This document shows positions 9,942-18,688 of a stretch of DNA of 32,000 bases, piece by piece. The notes under the pieces are model-generated. The model made no database searches. It saw only the letters and a program-made list of their open reading frames with translations, and had not been told where the DNA came from. The DNA lies in assembly GCF_000195955.2 (NCBI RefSeq), contig NC_000962.3:2216303-2248302 (forward strand). The letters are read 5' to 3'. How positions within the stretch are numbered: position 1 is the stretch's first letter; the number at the start of each line of letters is the position of its first letter. A program made the translations under genes and the position numbers. The DNA comes from Mycobacterium tuberculosis H37Rv (GTDB lineage Bacteria > Actinomycetota > Actinomycetes > Mycobacteriales > Mycobacteriaceae).

Positions 9942-11618
9942 GTGTCATTTCTGGTCGTGGTTCCCGAGTTCTTGACGTCCGCGGCAGCGGATGTGGAGAA
10001 CATAGGTTCCACACTGCGCGCGGCGAATGCCGCGGCTGCCGCCTCGACCACCGCGCTTGCGGCCGCTGGCGCTGATGAGGTATCGGCGGCGGTGGCAGCG
10101 CTGTTTGCCAGGTTCGGTCAGGAATATCAAGCGGTCAGCGCGCAGGCGAGCGCTTTCCATCAACAGTTCGTGCAGACGCTGAACTCGGCGTCAGGATCGT
10201 ATGCGGCCGCGGAGGCCACCATCGCGTCACAGTTGCAGACCGCGCAGCACGATCTGCTGGGCGCGGTCAATGCACCAACCGAAACGTTGTTGGGGCGTCC
10301 GCTAATCGGCGACGGAGCACCCGGGACGGCAACGAGTCCGAATGGCGGGGCGGGTGGGCTGCTGTACGGCAACGGCGGCAACGGTTATTCCGCGACGGCG
10401 TCGGGGGTCGGCGGCGGGGCCGGCGGTTCCGCGGGGTTGATCGGCAATGGCGGCGCCGGGGGAGCCGGCGGACCCAACGCCCCCGGGGGAGCCGGCGGCA
10501 ACGGTGGCTGGCTGCTCGGCAACGGCGGGATCGGCGGGCCCGGGGGCGCGTCGAGCATCCCCGGCATGAGTGGTGGAGCCGGCGGAACCGGCGGTGCCGC
10601 AGGACTTTTGGGCTGGGGAGCGAACGGCGGAGCCGGCGGCCTCGGTGATGGAGTCGGTGTCGATCGTGGCACGGGCGGCGCCGGAGGCCGCGGCGGCCTG
10701 TTGTATGGCGGATACGGCGTCAGTGGGCCAGGCGGCGACGGCAGAACCGTCCCGCTGGAGATAATTCATGTCACAGAGCCGACGGTACATGCCAACGTCA
10801 ACGGCGGACCGACGTCAACCATTCTGGTCGACACCGGATCCGCTGGTCTTGTTGTCTCGCCTGAGGATGTCGGGGGAATCCTGGGAGTGCTTCACATGGG
10901 CCTCCCAACCGGATTGAGCATCAGCGGTTACAGCGGGGGGCTGTACTACATCTTCGCCACGTATACCACGACGGTGGACTTCGGGAATGGCATCGTCACC
11001 GCGCCGACCGCCGTTAATGTCGTCCTCTTGTCCATCCCAACGTCCCCCTTCGCCATTTCGACCTACTTCAGCGCCTTGCTGGCCGATCCGACAACAACTC
11101 CGTTCGAAGCCTATTTCGGTGCCGTCGGCGTGGACGGCGTTCTGGGAGTTGGGCCCAATGCGGTGGGACCAGGCCCCAGCATTCCGACGATGGCGTTACC
11201 GGGTGACCTCAACCAGGGAGTGCTCATCGACGCACCCGCAGGTGAGCTCGTGTTCGGTCCCAACCCGCTACCTGCGCCCAACGTCGAGGTCGTCGGATCG
11301 CCGATCACCACCCTGTACGTAAAGATCGATGGTGGGACTCCCATACCCGTCCCCTCGATCATCGATTCCGGTGGGGTAACGGGAACCATCCCGTCATATG
11401 TCATCGGATCCGGAACCCTGCCGGCGAACACAAACATTGAGGTCTACACCAGCCCCGGCGGTGATCGGCTCTACGCGTTCAACACAAACGATTACCGCCC
11501 GACCGTCATTTCATCCGGCCTGATGAATACCGGGTTCTTGCCCTTCAGATTCCAGCCGGTGTACATCGACTACAGCCCCAGCGGTATAGGGACAACAGTC
11601 TTTGATCATCCGGCGTGA
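9942..11618 (+). CDS. PE_PGRS35: PE_PGRS protein with C-terminal pepsin-like aspartic protease domain, 558 aa
   Basis: GTG 9942 follows GGAGGGG. The protein has a PE domain ([18 protein letters not shown]...), a Gly-Gly-Ala/Asn repeat tract, and then a ~290-aa domain with DTG (10830-10838) and DSG (11364-11372). Confidence 0.9.
   Translation: MSFLVVVPEFLTSAAADVENIGSTLRAANAAAAASTTALAAAGADEVSAAVAALFARFGQEYQAVSAQASAFHQQFVQTLNSASGSYAAAEATIASQLQTAQHDLLGAVNAPTETLLGRPLIGDGAPGTATSPNGGAGGLLYGNGGNGYSATASGVGGGAGGSAGLIGNGGAGGAGGPNAPGGAGGNGGWLLGNGGIGGPGGASSIPGMSGGAGGTGGAAGLLGWGANGGAGGLGDGVGVDRGTGGAGGRGGLLYGGYGVSGPGGDGRTVPLEIIHVTEPTVHANVNGGPTSTILVDTGSAGLVVSPEDVGGILGVLHMGLPTGLSISGYSGGLYYIFATYTTTVDFGNGIVTAPTAVNVVLLSIPTSPFAISTYFSALLADPTTTPFEAYFGAVGVDGVLGVGPNAVGPGPSIPTMALPGDLNQGVLIDAPAGELVFGPNPLPAPNVEVVGSPITTLYVKIDGGTPIPVPSIIDSGGVTGTIPSYVIGSGTLPANTNIEVYTSPGGDRLYAFNTNDYRPTVISSGLMNTGFLPFRFQPVYIDYSPSGIGTTVFDHPA
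10308..10742 (+). repeat. PGRS (polymorphic GC-rich sequence) coding repeat tract
   Basis: Residues ~123-267 of the PE_PGRS ORF are degenerate GGAGG/GGNGG repeats. The matching DNA is iterated GGC-GGN-GCC/AAC units. Confidence 0.9.
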
Positions 11619-12259
11619 TCGAGCCTGTTCGCCGCGAATGTCGCCGCCTGGCTTGTCATCCCCGACTGAACATACGAAACATGCGCCATAATATTGCCGC
11701 CTCCGGTGCATATTGGATCGTCGGGAGCACACAAGTTTATGGTCTTAGAGCTATACAGCGGACCGATTGTCGGCAACGACCCGCCGCCCCACAACATGCT
11801 GGAGAAACCACTGGATGGCTCGCCGAAAAGGGCGACAGCGGCGACATGATCTGCCACCGCGGGCGGCATCGCCGAGGTGGACAAATCGATGACCGTCGCA
11901 CCCTGCGAATAGCCACCAAGCACAATCCTGGTGTTCGGGCAGCTGGCGACGGTGCGCTGGATGTGGGCGCTCGCATCATCGGAACCGTTTGACGCGCTCG
12001 CGCGGTAGTCGTCGCTTGCTGGGTAGTTCACCGCGTAGACCCCAATCGACCGCCCGCCAACTTGCGAGGTAAGCGAGTCGACGAACGCCTCACCGACGTC
12101 GCCAAGACCAGAAGCCTGATGCGTGCCGCGAGCGAAAACGACCGCGATGTCCGAACACGGATCCGCATGCGCGGCACGACCGCCGGCGGGTGCGCTCACC
12201 AGCGCCAAGGTCGTCGCAACCACGACACCAACGATGCGAACAAGGCTGCGTGGAGTCAT
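11606..12259 (-). CDS. cfp21: Secreted cutinase-family serine esterase CFP21, 217 aa
   Basis: ATG 12259 starts a signal peptide ending in AHA/DPC. The protein has the cutinase GYSQG nucleophile motif and conserved Cys pairs. Its 3' end overlaps PE_PGRS35 by 13 bp. Confidence 0.9.
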   Translation of the reverse strand: MTPRSLVRIVGVVVATTLALVSAPAGGRAAHADPCSDIAVVFARGTHQASGLGDVGEAFVDSLTSQVGGRSIGVYAVNYPASDDYRASASNGSDDASAHIQRTVASCPNTRIVLGGYSQGATVIDLSTSAMPPAVADHVAAVALFGEPSSGFSSMLWGGGSLPTIGPLYSSKTINLCAPDDPICTGGGNIMAHVSYVQSGMTSQAATFAANRLDHAG

Positions 12260-12373
12260 CTGCACATGCTGACATACTGCCGGCGACCGAGGTGGCGGTG
12301 GGCCGCTGAGACATGACGTGCCTCACGTCGTCGGCGCCCACGCAGCCCCAGGTCAGAACGGTAGCCTTAGGCG

Positions 12374-12604
12374 ATGACCGACTCTGTGGTCGTCCGCGTC
12401 AAGCCCGGCAGTCACAAAGGACCCCTGGTCGAGGTCGGTCCCAACGGTGAGCTGATTATCTACGTCCGCGAGCCGGCGATTGATGGCAAGGCCAACGATG
12501 CGGTCACCCGGCTGCTCGCAGCTCACCTTCAATTGCCAAAGAGCCGAGTCAAATTGGTGTCCGGAGCGACGTCGCGGTTCAAGCGTTTCCGTCTGAGTCG
12601 TTAA
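12374..12604 (+). CDS. DUF167/YggU-family small protein, 76 aa
   Basis: VRVKPGSHKG...LIIYVREPAIDGKANDAVTRLLAAHLQLPKSRVKLVSGATSRFKRFRL follows the YggU (UPF0235) pattern closely. It starts at ATG 12374. I do not remember it in the reference annotation. Confidence 0.65.
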   Translation: MTDSVVVRVKPGSHKGPLVEVGPNGELIIYVREPAIDGKANDAVTRLLAAHLQLPKSRVKLVSGATSRFKRFRLSR

Positions 12605-12688
12605 GTTCAACCTGTTTGAGGAAGCGGGTCCAGCAAGGCCGGGACATCGAGACCAAGCCGCGCTAACACAACAACATGCTGGCGTCGG

Positions 12689-13600
12689 TCAACCCGGTCG
12701 GCGGCGGCGTTGCTGGCCCCGGTACAGACCGCTTGCCGCCGCCCTCACCGTGTCGGTAATTCGCGCGATGATCGGACTGTCCAGTTTCCAGCATTGCCAA
12801 TAGAGAGGGACGTCGAGGTGTATGTCGCAGACCCGTACGAACGATCCATCGGCAAGCGGAGATGCTGCCAGCTTCTCGGGGAACATGCCCCATCCCAGCC
12901 CGGCGCGCGCTGCGGCGGTGAAGCCCTCTGTGGTCGGGACAAAGTGCGTCGGTCTGGTGATGGCGCGACGAAAGGCCTTACGCACCAACATGTCCTGCAG
13001 CCCATCGTCACGATTCCACGCCAGTGACGGAGCTTTAGCCGCCGCGGCGGCAGTGAACCCGTCGGATAGATGGCGCTGGACGAATGGCCTGCTGGCCACT
13101 GGTAGGTAGCGCATTTCACCCAGCGGGTGCACCCGGCAGCCCGGCACCGGGTTCCGCTCGGTGGTCACCGCGCCCATCGCCACACCCTCCCGTAGCAGCC
13201 GCGCGGAATGGTCCTGGTCCTCGATCCGAACGTCGAGCAGGACGTCGCCGAGACCGTCGAACACGGCCGAAAACCATGTCGCCATGGAATCGGCGTTTAC
13301 CGCAATGGTGATCCGCGTGCGTTTCAGCGACGCGTTGCCACCCATTTCAGCGAGCGCCTCGGACTCGAGCAACGCTGTTTGCGCGGCCAACCGCAACAGC
13401 GGGATACCTGCGGTCGTCGCCCGACATGGCTTTTCCCTGACCACCAGCACCTGGCCGACCTGCTGCTCCAACGACTTGATGCGCTGACTGACAGCCGACG
13501 GGGTGACATGTAGGCGCTCCGCGGCCGCATCGAAGCTGCCCAGTTCGACCACGGCAGCCAATGCGGCCAGCTGTGGACCGTCAAGCTGCGGATCCACCAT
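12689..13600 (-). CDS. lysG: LysR-type regulator of the LysG/ArgP subfamily (Rv1985c-like), 303 aa
   Basis: It starts at ATG 13600 and has an N-terminal wHTH (LAALAAVVELGSFDAAAERLHVTPSAVSQRIKSLE). It is divergent from a LysE exporter gene. The track ORF start at 13639 falls inside the AT-rich promoter. Confidence 0.85.
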   Translation of the reverse strand: MVDPQLDGPQLAALAAVVELGSFDAAAERLHVTPSAVSQRIKSLEQQVGQVLVVREKPCRATTAGIPLLRLAAQTALLESEALAEMGGNASLKRTRITIAVNADSMATWFSAVFDGLGDVLLDVRIEDQDHSARLLREGVAMGAVTTERNPVPGCRVHPLGEMRYLPVASRPFVQRHLSDGFTAAAAAKAPSLAWNRDDGLQDMLVRKAFRRAITRPTHFVPTTEGFTAAARAGLGWGMFPEKLAASPLADGSFVRVCDIHLDVPLYWQCWKLDSPIIARITDTVRAAASGLYRGQQRRRRPG

Positions 13601-13637
13601 CTCAGGTGTAGACCATCTGCGGAGCGTCGCACTGCAC

Positions 13638-13652
13638 ATTAATAATGCTAAT
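13638..13652. promoter_or_regulatory. LysR-type T-N11-A box (ATTA-N7-TAAT) in the lysG/lysE divergent intergenic region
   Basis: ATTAATAATGCTAAT lies inside a strongly AT-rich 70-bp stretch between the two divergent starts. Confidence 0.45.
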
Positions 13653-13660
13653 GTAAATGA

Positions 13661-14308
<648 letters not shown>

Positions 14309-14723
14309 TACAGCACGTGTGCACACGCGGGTTGGACCACGTGATCGTCGATGGGCACATACCGTTCGGCAGGAGGGCGCGCGGTCAGTCTGCACAACTC
14401 AGTCACCAGCTGACACGCCGACGGCGGCCTCGCCCGGGCGTGTCGGCGCCACCAGTGCACATTCGGCGTGACGCGGCCCTACGGATCGTGTTGGAGCTGT
14501 AGCCCGTTGATACCGGTCGCGAACGGTGAACGGCGCTAATCGGGGGAGTGGGGTCGAGGCTGTCTGGCCTTCCCCGTCCGCAAGTTCGCGTTCGGCCGGG
14601 CCGATATCTGGTTCAGGGTGGGTCGAGGCCAAATTTCATCACGGTTGCGGTTGAGCAAAGTTGCTGTAGCTTGCTCGCGAGGAGACGGCCGATATCGCCT
14701 CATTGGCATTAGTGTTGGCTGTC

Positions 14724-15152
14724 ATGGCCGGACTGAACATTTACGTGAGGCGCTGGCGGACAGCGCTTCACGCAACCGTGTCGGCATTGATAGTTGCCAT
14801 CCTCGGACTCGCCATCACCCCGGTCGCTAGTGCGGCGACGGCCAGGGCGACGTTGTCGGTGACATCGACGTGGCAGACCGGTTTCATCGCCCGCTTCACC
14901 ATCACAAACTCGAGCACGGCGCCGCTAACCGATTGGAAGCTTGAATTCGACTTGCCGGCAGGAGAATCCGTCTTGCACACATGGAATAGCACCGTTGCAC
15001 GATCTGGCACGCACTACGTTCTCAGCCCAGCGAATTGGAATCGCATCATTGCCCCCGGTGGTTCAGCCACGGGCGGCCTAAGAGGCGGGCTGACCGGTTC
15101 TTACTCGCCGCCGTCGAGTTGTCTGCTCAACGGGCAATATCCTTGCACCTAG
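14724..15152 (+). CDS. Secreted stand-alone CBM2 carbohydrate-binding module protein (Rv1987-like), 142 aa
   Basis: ATG 14724 begins a Tat-like RRWR leader. The rest is a CBM2 pattern (TSTWQTGFIARFTITN ... DWKLEFDL ... NGQYPC) with no catalytic domain attached. Confidence 0.8.
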   Translation: MAGLNIYVRRWRTALHATVSALIVAILGLAITPVASAATARATLSVTSTWQTGFIARFTITNSSTAPLTDWKLEFDLPAGESVLHTWNSTVARSGTHYVLSPANWNRIIAPGGSATGGLRGGLTGSYSPPSSCLLNGQYPCT

Positions 15153-15377
15153 ACGCGACTGCGCACTGAGGCTCGCCGACTGCAACAATGCGGCTACTGC
15201 CAGGTGGGTCTAGTGGGTCGTCACGGCCAACGTCATCTCGGAGTTGATGCGGACGGCGCCAGAGCCCTGGGGCTGGTGATGACCAGAAGGTTGCCTGAAC
15301 CGAGAAATTGGATTGATCGCAGTGCCGGTGGCGGGCTACGGTCGGGCGCGTGGGCATCTACGCAGTGACGGTACGTC

Positions 15378-15917
15378 GTGTCCGCCCTCGGACGGTCGCG
15401 ACGGGCATGGGGCTGGCACCGGCTCCATGACGAATGGGCAGCGCGGGTAGTCAGCGCGGCCGCAGTGCGGCCCGGTGAGCTCGTGTTTGACATCGGCGCC
15501 GGCGAAGGGGCACTGACGGCGCATCTAGTGCGAGCGGGGGCGCGGGTGGTCGCCGTGGAGTTGCACCCGCGACGAGTCGGTGTCCTCCGCGAGCGATTCC
15601 CTGGCATTACCGTGGTGCACGCGGACGCCGCCTCGATCCGGTTGCCCGGCCGGCCGTTCCGGGTTGTGGCGAACCCGCCGTACGGGATTTCGTCCCGCCT
15701 GCTGCGGACGCTGCTGGCACCCAACAGCGGGCTTGTCGCGGCCGATCTCGTGCTGCAGCGAGCCCTCGTATGTAAATTCGCTTCTCGCAACGCGCGAAGG
15801 TTCACCCTGACCGTCGGCCTCATGCTGCCACGGCGCGCGTTCCTGCCACCGCCGCATGTGGATTCCGCGGTGCTCGTCGTCCGCCGCCGGAAGTGCGGTG
15901 ACTGGCAGGGGCGGTAA
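15378..15917 (+). CDS. erm(37): 23S rRNA adenine N6-methyltransferase, short form, 179 aa
   Basis: Starts at GTG 15378. It has the SAM motif VFDIGAGEGALT and the catalytic NPPY (VVANPPYGIS). The ORF ends soon after the catalytic domain. Confidence 0.9.
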   Translation: MSALGRSRRAWGWHRLHDEWAARVVSAAAVRPGELVFDIGAGEGALTAHLVRAGARVVAVELHPRRVGVLRERFPGITVVHADAASIRLPGRPFRVVANPPYGISSRLLRTLLAPNSGLVAADLVLQRALVCKFASRNARRFTLTVGLMLPRRAFLPPPHVDSAVLVVRRRKCGDWQGR

Positions 15918-15935
15918 ACCCGCGGCCGCCAGTAG

Positions 15936-15964
15936 GTGTACCACCTTTGCTAGAAGTGGCACAC
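15936..15964 (+). promoter_or_regulatory. Inverted repeat GTGTACCAC-N11-GTGGCACAC upstream of the RHH-like ORF
   Basis: The 9-bp arms have one mismatch, and the repeat ends 8 nt before ATG 15973. This is a typical position for a TA operator. Confidence 0.35.
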
Positions 15965-15972
15965 TTCGTTCT

Positions 15973-16125
15973 ATGTCGACCACTCGTCCGCGCTACCAAA
16001 TAACCGAAACCCCGGAGGTAGCTCAGGCATTGGACCGGGCCGCCCAGCGATGGCCTGGCGAGCCCCGTTCCAAATTATTGCGGCGCCTGATCATCGATGC
16101 TCGACGATCCGCGTTCCGCGGGTAG
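15973..16125 (+). CDS. Orphan ribbon-helix-helix (CopG/VapB-like) antitoxin-like ORF, 50 aa
   Basis: ATG 15973 gives RYQITETPEVAQALDRAAQRWPGEPRSKLLRRLIIDA, which fits the RHH strand-helix-helix pattern. An inverted repeat lies just upstream. It may itself be a remnant. Confidence 0.45.
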   Translation: MSTTRPRYQITETPEVAQALDRAAQRWPGEPRSKLLRRLIIDARRSAFRG

Positions 16126-16369
16126 CGTCGTTGCGCCGTACGACGATGGCGAGCTGCTGCGTCTCGCCGAACTACGCGCTAGCAGCGGGCTAAAACTACC
16201 TGATTGCTGCGTGCCGGATGTGGCAATTCATCACCAGGCAAGCCTCGCAACCTTTGACGACACGCTCGCTGCCGCAGCACGCACAAGGAGCGTGCCCGCT
16301 AGCACAAACGGCGCAGCTAACCCAATACGACCAGCTTCACTTGACATAATGTCGCTTATCGGCTTATAA
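16097..16369 (+). pseudogene. C-terminal half of a PIN-domain (VapC-like) toxin, N-terminal half missing
   Basis: VVAPYDDGELLRLAELRASSGLKLPDCCVPDVAIHHQASLATFDD matches the second half of VapC PIN domains. The first ~55 residues, including the N-terminal acidic motif, are absent. Confidence 0.45.
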
Positions 16370-16436
16370 GTGATGCGAGTTGCTCCTTACGATGACCATG
16401 GCACAGCGGCATCCTTCTCTGCGCCAAGCTGGCCAG

Positions 16437-16997
16437 CTACGTGGCTCGAAGTTCTTGGTAAAGAGCAGGCGTCAGATCGACGCTTTGTCGCAGTTGTAGT
16501 TGGCCCGGCCGAGTTCGCTGTTCATACGCGGTGACAACGAGGCCGACACCGCCCGCCGCCGGCACGAGGACACCTTGCATGTGCAAGAACCAGGCCGCAT
16601 GTCCGACCGCCTGGCACCCTGACCAGTCGTCGCCATAGATGTCGTCGTTCTCGAGCCCCACGGCTTCCCGAGCTTGCGGGGTTGTCAGATCGAGGACGGC
16701 CAGGTCCGTGACGTCGATCGTGTGTAGTCGGTAGGCCGCCTCGAGCATCTTCTCTGCGGTCGTTGAAGCCGCTTGCGCCGCCCGTTCCACCTCAACCATG
16801 CAGGCTTGGGCGGAATCAGCAAGATAGATCGCCGGAAAGAGCAGCGGCGGATTCCACCTGCCTCCGAATCTGCGCGCGCCCTCACCGGACAAGGCGTCAC
16901 GGTGCGCGCCGGTATACCGGTAGCACGTTTCCGACCACTCAATTGTTCCGCGTGCGTCGATACGCTGGACGAGCCCTTCATCGAGGGCATCGCTCAC
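16437..16997 (-). CDS. mbcT: RES-domain toxin (NAD+ phosphorylase MbcT), 186 aa
   Basis: GTG 16997 overlaps the antitoxin stop as GTGA. It has a RES-type core (FGGRWNPP Arg motif, LVPAAGG region). I recognise it as Rv1989c. Confidence 0.9.
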   Translation of the reverse strand: MSDALDEGLVQRIDARGTIEWSETCYRYTGAHRDALSGEGARRFGGRWNPPLLFPAIYLADSAQACMVEVERAAQAASTTAEKMLEAAYRLHTIDVTDLAVLDLTTPQAREAVGLENDDIYGDDWSGCQAVGHAAWFLHMQGVLVPAAGGVGLVVTAYEQRTRPGQLQLRQSVDLTPALYQELRAT

Positions 16998-17335
16998 ACG
17001 AACACTCCCTCCGCCATCGCGTCGATGAGCGCCAACACGCGTTGGTACTCGCCGTCTCGCACGAGGTCGGCAGGCTTGCGGTGTTCCAGTAACCGATTCG
17101 GCGAAAACATCCACACGTTCGCCTGGTCACGCGGCAGCACTTCCGCGAGGGCGTCGGCGACATAGGCCAGCTCGATAAGTCGTTGCTTGTTGAGGCGTTG
17201 GGGAACCACCTGACCTGCGGTCCATCGCGCCACGGAACGCGGCGAGGCATCGACGATGTCACCGACTTCCTCGTAGGTCAATCCCAAGCGCTCGATCGCA
17301 CCCGACACGGTCGAGGCGAGCACATTTACTCCCAT
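16994..17335 (-). CDS. mbcA: Xre-HTH/DUF2384 antitoxin MbcA, 113 aa
   Basis: It has the HTH LTYEEVGDIVDASPRSVARWTAG and a C-terminal RES-antitoxin domain (FSPNRLLEHRKPADLVRDGEYQRVLALIDAM). ATG 17335 has AAGGAAG upstream. Confidence 0.9.
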   Translation of the reverse strand: MGVNVLASTVSGAIERLGLTYEEVGDIVDASPRSVARWTAGQVVPQRLNKQRLIELAYVADALAEVLPRDQANVWMFSPNRLLEHRKPADLVRDGEYQRVLALIDAMAEGVFV

Positions 17336-17366
17336 GGGCAGCCTGTCTTCCTTTTGTCTATTGATT

Positions 17367-17383
17367 TGTCATGTATTATGACA
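17367..17383 (-). promoter_or_regulatory. Palindrome TGTCAT-N5-ATGACA in the mbcA promoter region
   Basis: The arms are perfect 6-bp repeats. On the minus strand it reads TGTCATAATACATGACA, which overlaps a CATAAT -10-like hexamer about 30 nt upstream of ATG 17335. Confidence 0.45.
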
Positions 17384-17420
17384 CGAACCGAGGCGTCGAT
17401 GCGAGAGGAACTTCACGACG

Positions 17421-17953
<533 letters not shown>

Positions 17954-18002
17954 TTACACCAAGCAGGAACGTCACCGTGACGAATTGTCGCGTGGCGCAG
18001 TG

Positions 18003-18347
18003 TCAAAGGTCCAGTACGCGACGAAGTCCTCGGTCAACCTCGTGCATCAAGCTCGCTGGCACCTCCCCAACTCGGTCGGTGAGGTCAGTCTTGTTGAGCG
18101 TGACAATCGCCGTGACGTTGACGACCGAGTCACGTGGCAGTCGCGTTGTGGTCGCGGGCAAGAACACGTTGCCGGGCATTGCCGCCAGCGCCGTATTGGA
18201 CGTGATCACCGCTGCGATCACAGTGGCAAGGCGACTTGCGTTGTACGGATCTGACTGGATTACGAGCACCGGGCGGCGCTTCGCCGGCTGACTGCCTGAT
18301 GGCGGCCCGAGGTCAGCCCAGTAGATCTCGGCACGACTAATCACCAC
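18003..18347 (-). CDS. mazF6: MazF-family endoribonuclease toxin, 114 aa
   Basis: It shows a MazF/PemK pattern (IYWADLGPPSGSQPAKRRPVLVIQSD ...). GTG 18347 overlaps the mazE6 3' end by 7 nt. Confidence 0.9.
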   Translation of the reverse strand: MVISRAEIYWADLGPPSGSQPAKRRPVLVIQSDPYNASRLATVIAAVITSNTALAAMPGNVFLPATTTRLPRDSVVNVTAIVTLNKTDLTDRVGEVPASLMHEVDRGLRRVLDL

Positions 18348-18589
18348 TCATCGTCCATGGTTTCTAGCACGCGGTATGCGTTGGCCACGGCGAGGGCCTC
18401 CGCTTCGTCGGTGCCATGGATGCTCTCTAGAGCCCTGTCGATCTGGCCCGTGAGCAATTGGGCGTCCAGCTCGTGCAGGTAGCGCTGCGCAGCCTTCGTG
18501 AAGAACTCGGACCGACTCATGCCGAGCTCACTCGCACGCCGCGATACCCGATCGAACGTCTCATCCGGCAGAGAAATAGCTGTCTTCAT
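18341..18589 (-). CDS. mazE6: RHH-type MazE antitoxin, 82 aa
   Basis: It has an RHH N-terminus (MKTAISLPDETFDRVSRRASELGMSRSEFFTKAAQRYL) and an acidic C-terminal tail. It starts at ATG 18589. Confidence 0.9.
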   Translation of the reverse strand: MKTAISLPDETFDRVSRRASELGMSRSEFFTKAAQRYLHELDAQLLTGQIDRALESIHGTDEAEALAVANAYRVLETMDDEW

Positions 18590-18596
18590 ACAGATA

Positions 18597-18613
18597 GTAT
18601 AACCGGGTATAAC
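18597..18613 (-). promoter_or_regulatory. Direct repeat GTATAAC-N3-GTATAAC (10-bp phase) immediately upstream of mazE6
   Basis: On the minus strand it reads GTTATACccgGTTATACTatctgtATG. The proximal copy contains TATACT 6 nt before the ATG, a leaderless-type layout. Confidence 0.4.
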
Positions 18614-18688
18614 TTCCAGAAGACGGCGGCTGTTTCGTCACAGTGACGCTATTGCTGGTCCAAACACACTCCACGATTCCGCGCGTCG

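Noticed and set aside
10308-10742. Repetitive GC-rich tract considered as a CRISPR array or non-coding tandem repeat
   Set aside because: It has no repeat-spacer architecture. It is in frame within the PE_PGRS ORF and encodes Gly-Gly-Ala/Asn repeats.
12353-12610. 85-aa antisense ORF covering the DUF167 ORF
   Set aside because: The plus-strand frame has a clear family pattern. The minus-strand product has none.
13601-13639. Longer start for the LysR-type regulator
   Set aside because: The extra 13 codons run into the AT-rich promoter and T-N11-A box. ATG 13600 puts the HTH at the usual distance from the N-terminus.
14316-14327. Perfect 12-bp palindrome CGTGTGCACACG just after the lysE stop
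   Set aside because: With no loop it is not terminator-like. It is a single occurrence with no partner site or nearby regulator to link it to.
14399-14632. 77-aa minus-strand ORF, and an 8-bp-stem hairpin (14411-14443), in the 415-bp lysE/CBM2 intergenic region
   Set aside because: The ORF has no family resemblance or RBS. The hairpin is not adjacent to any gene end.
15322-15456. Small GTG-initiated ORF overlapping the erm(37) start, considered as an attenuation leader peptide
   Set aside because: There is no RBS, no alternative hairpins, and its composition is GC-shadow-like. The known regulation is transcriptional (WhiB7).
16998-17114. N-terminal extension of the mbcT ORF
   Set aside because: It would overlap the antitoxin gene by 120 nt in another frame. 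GTG 16997 gives the classic GTGA coupling and a family-length protein.
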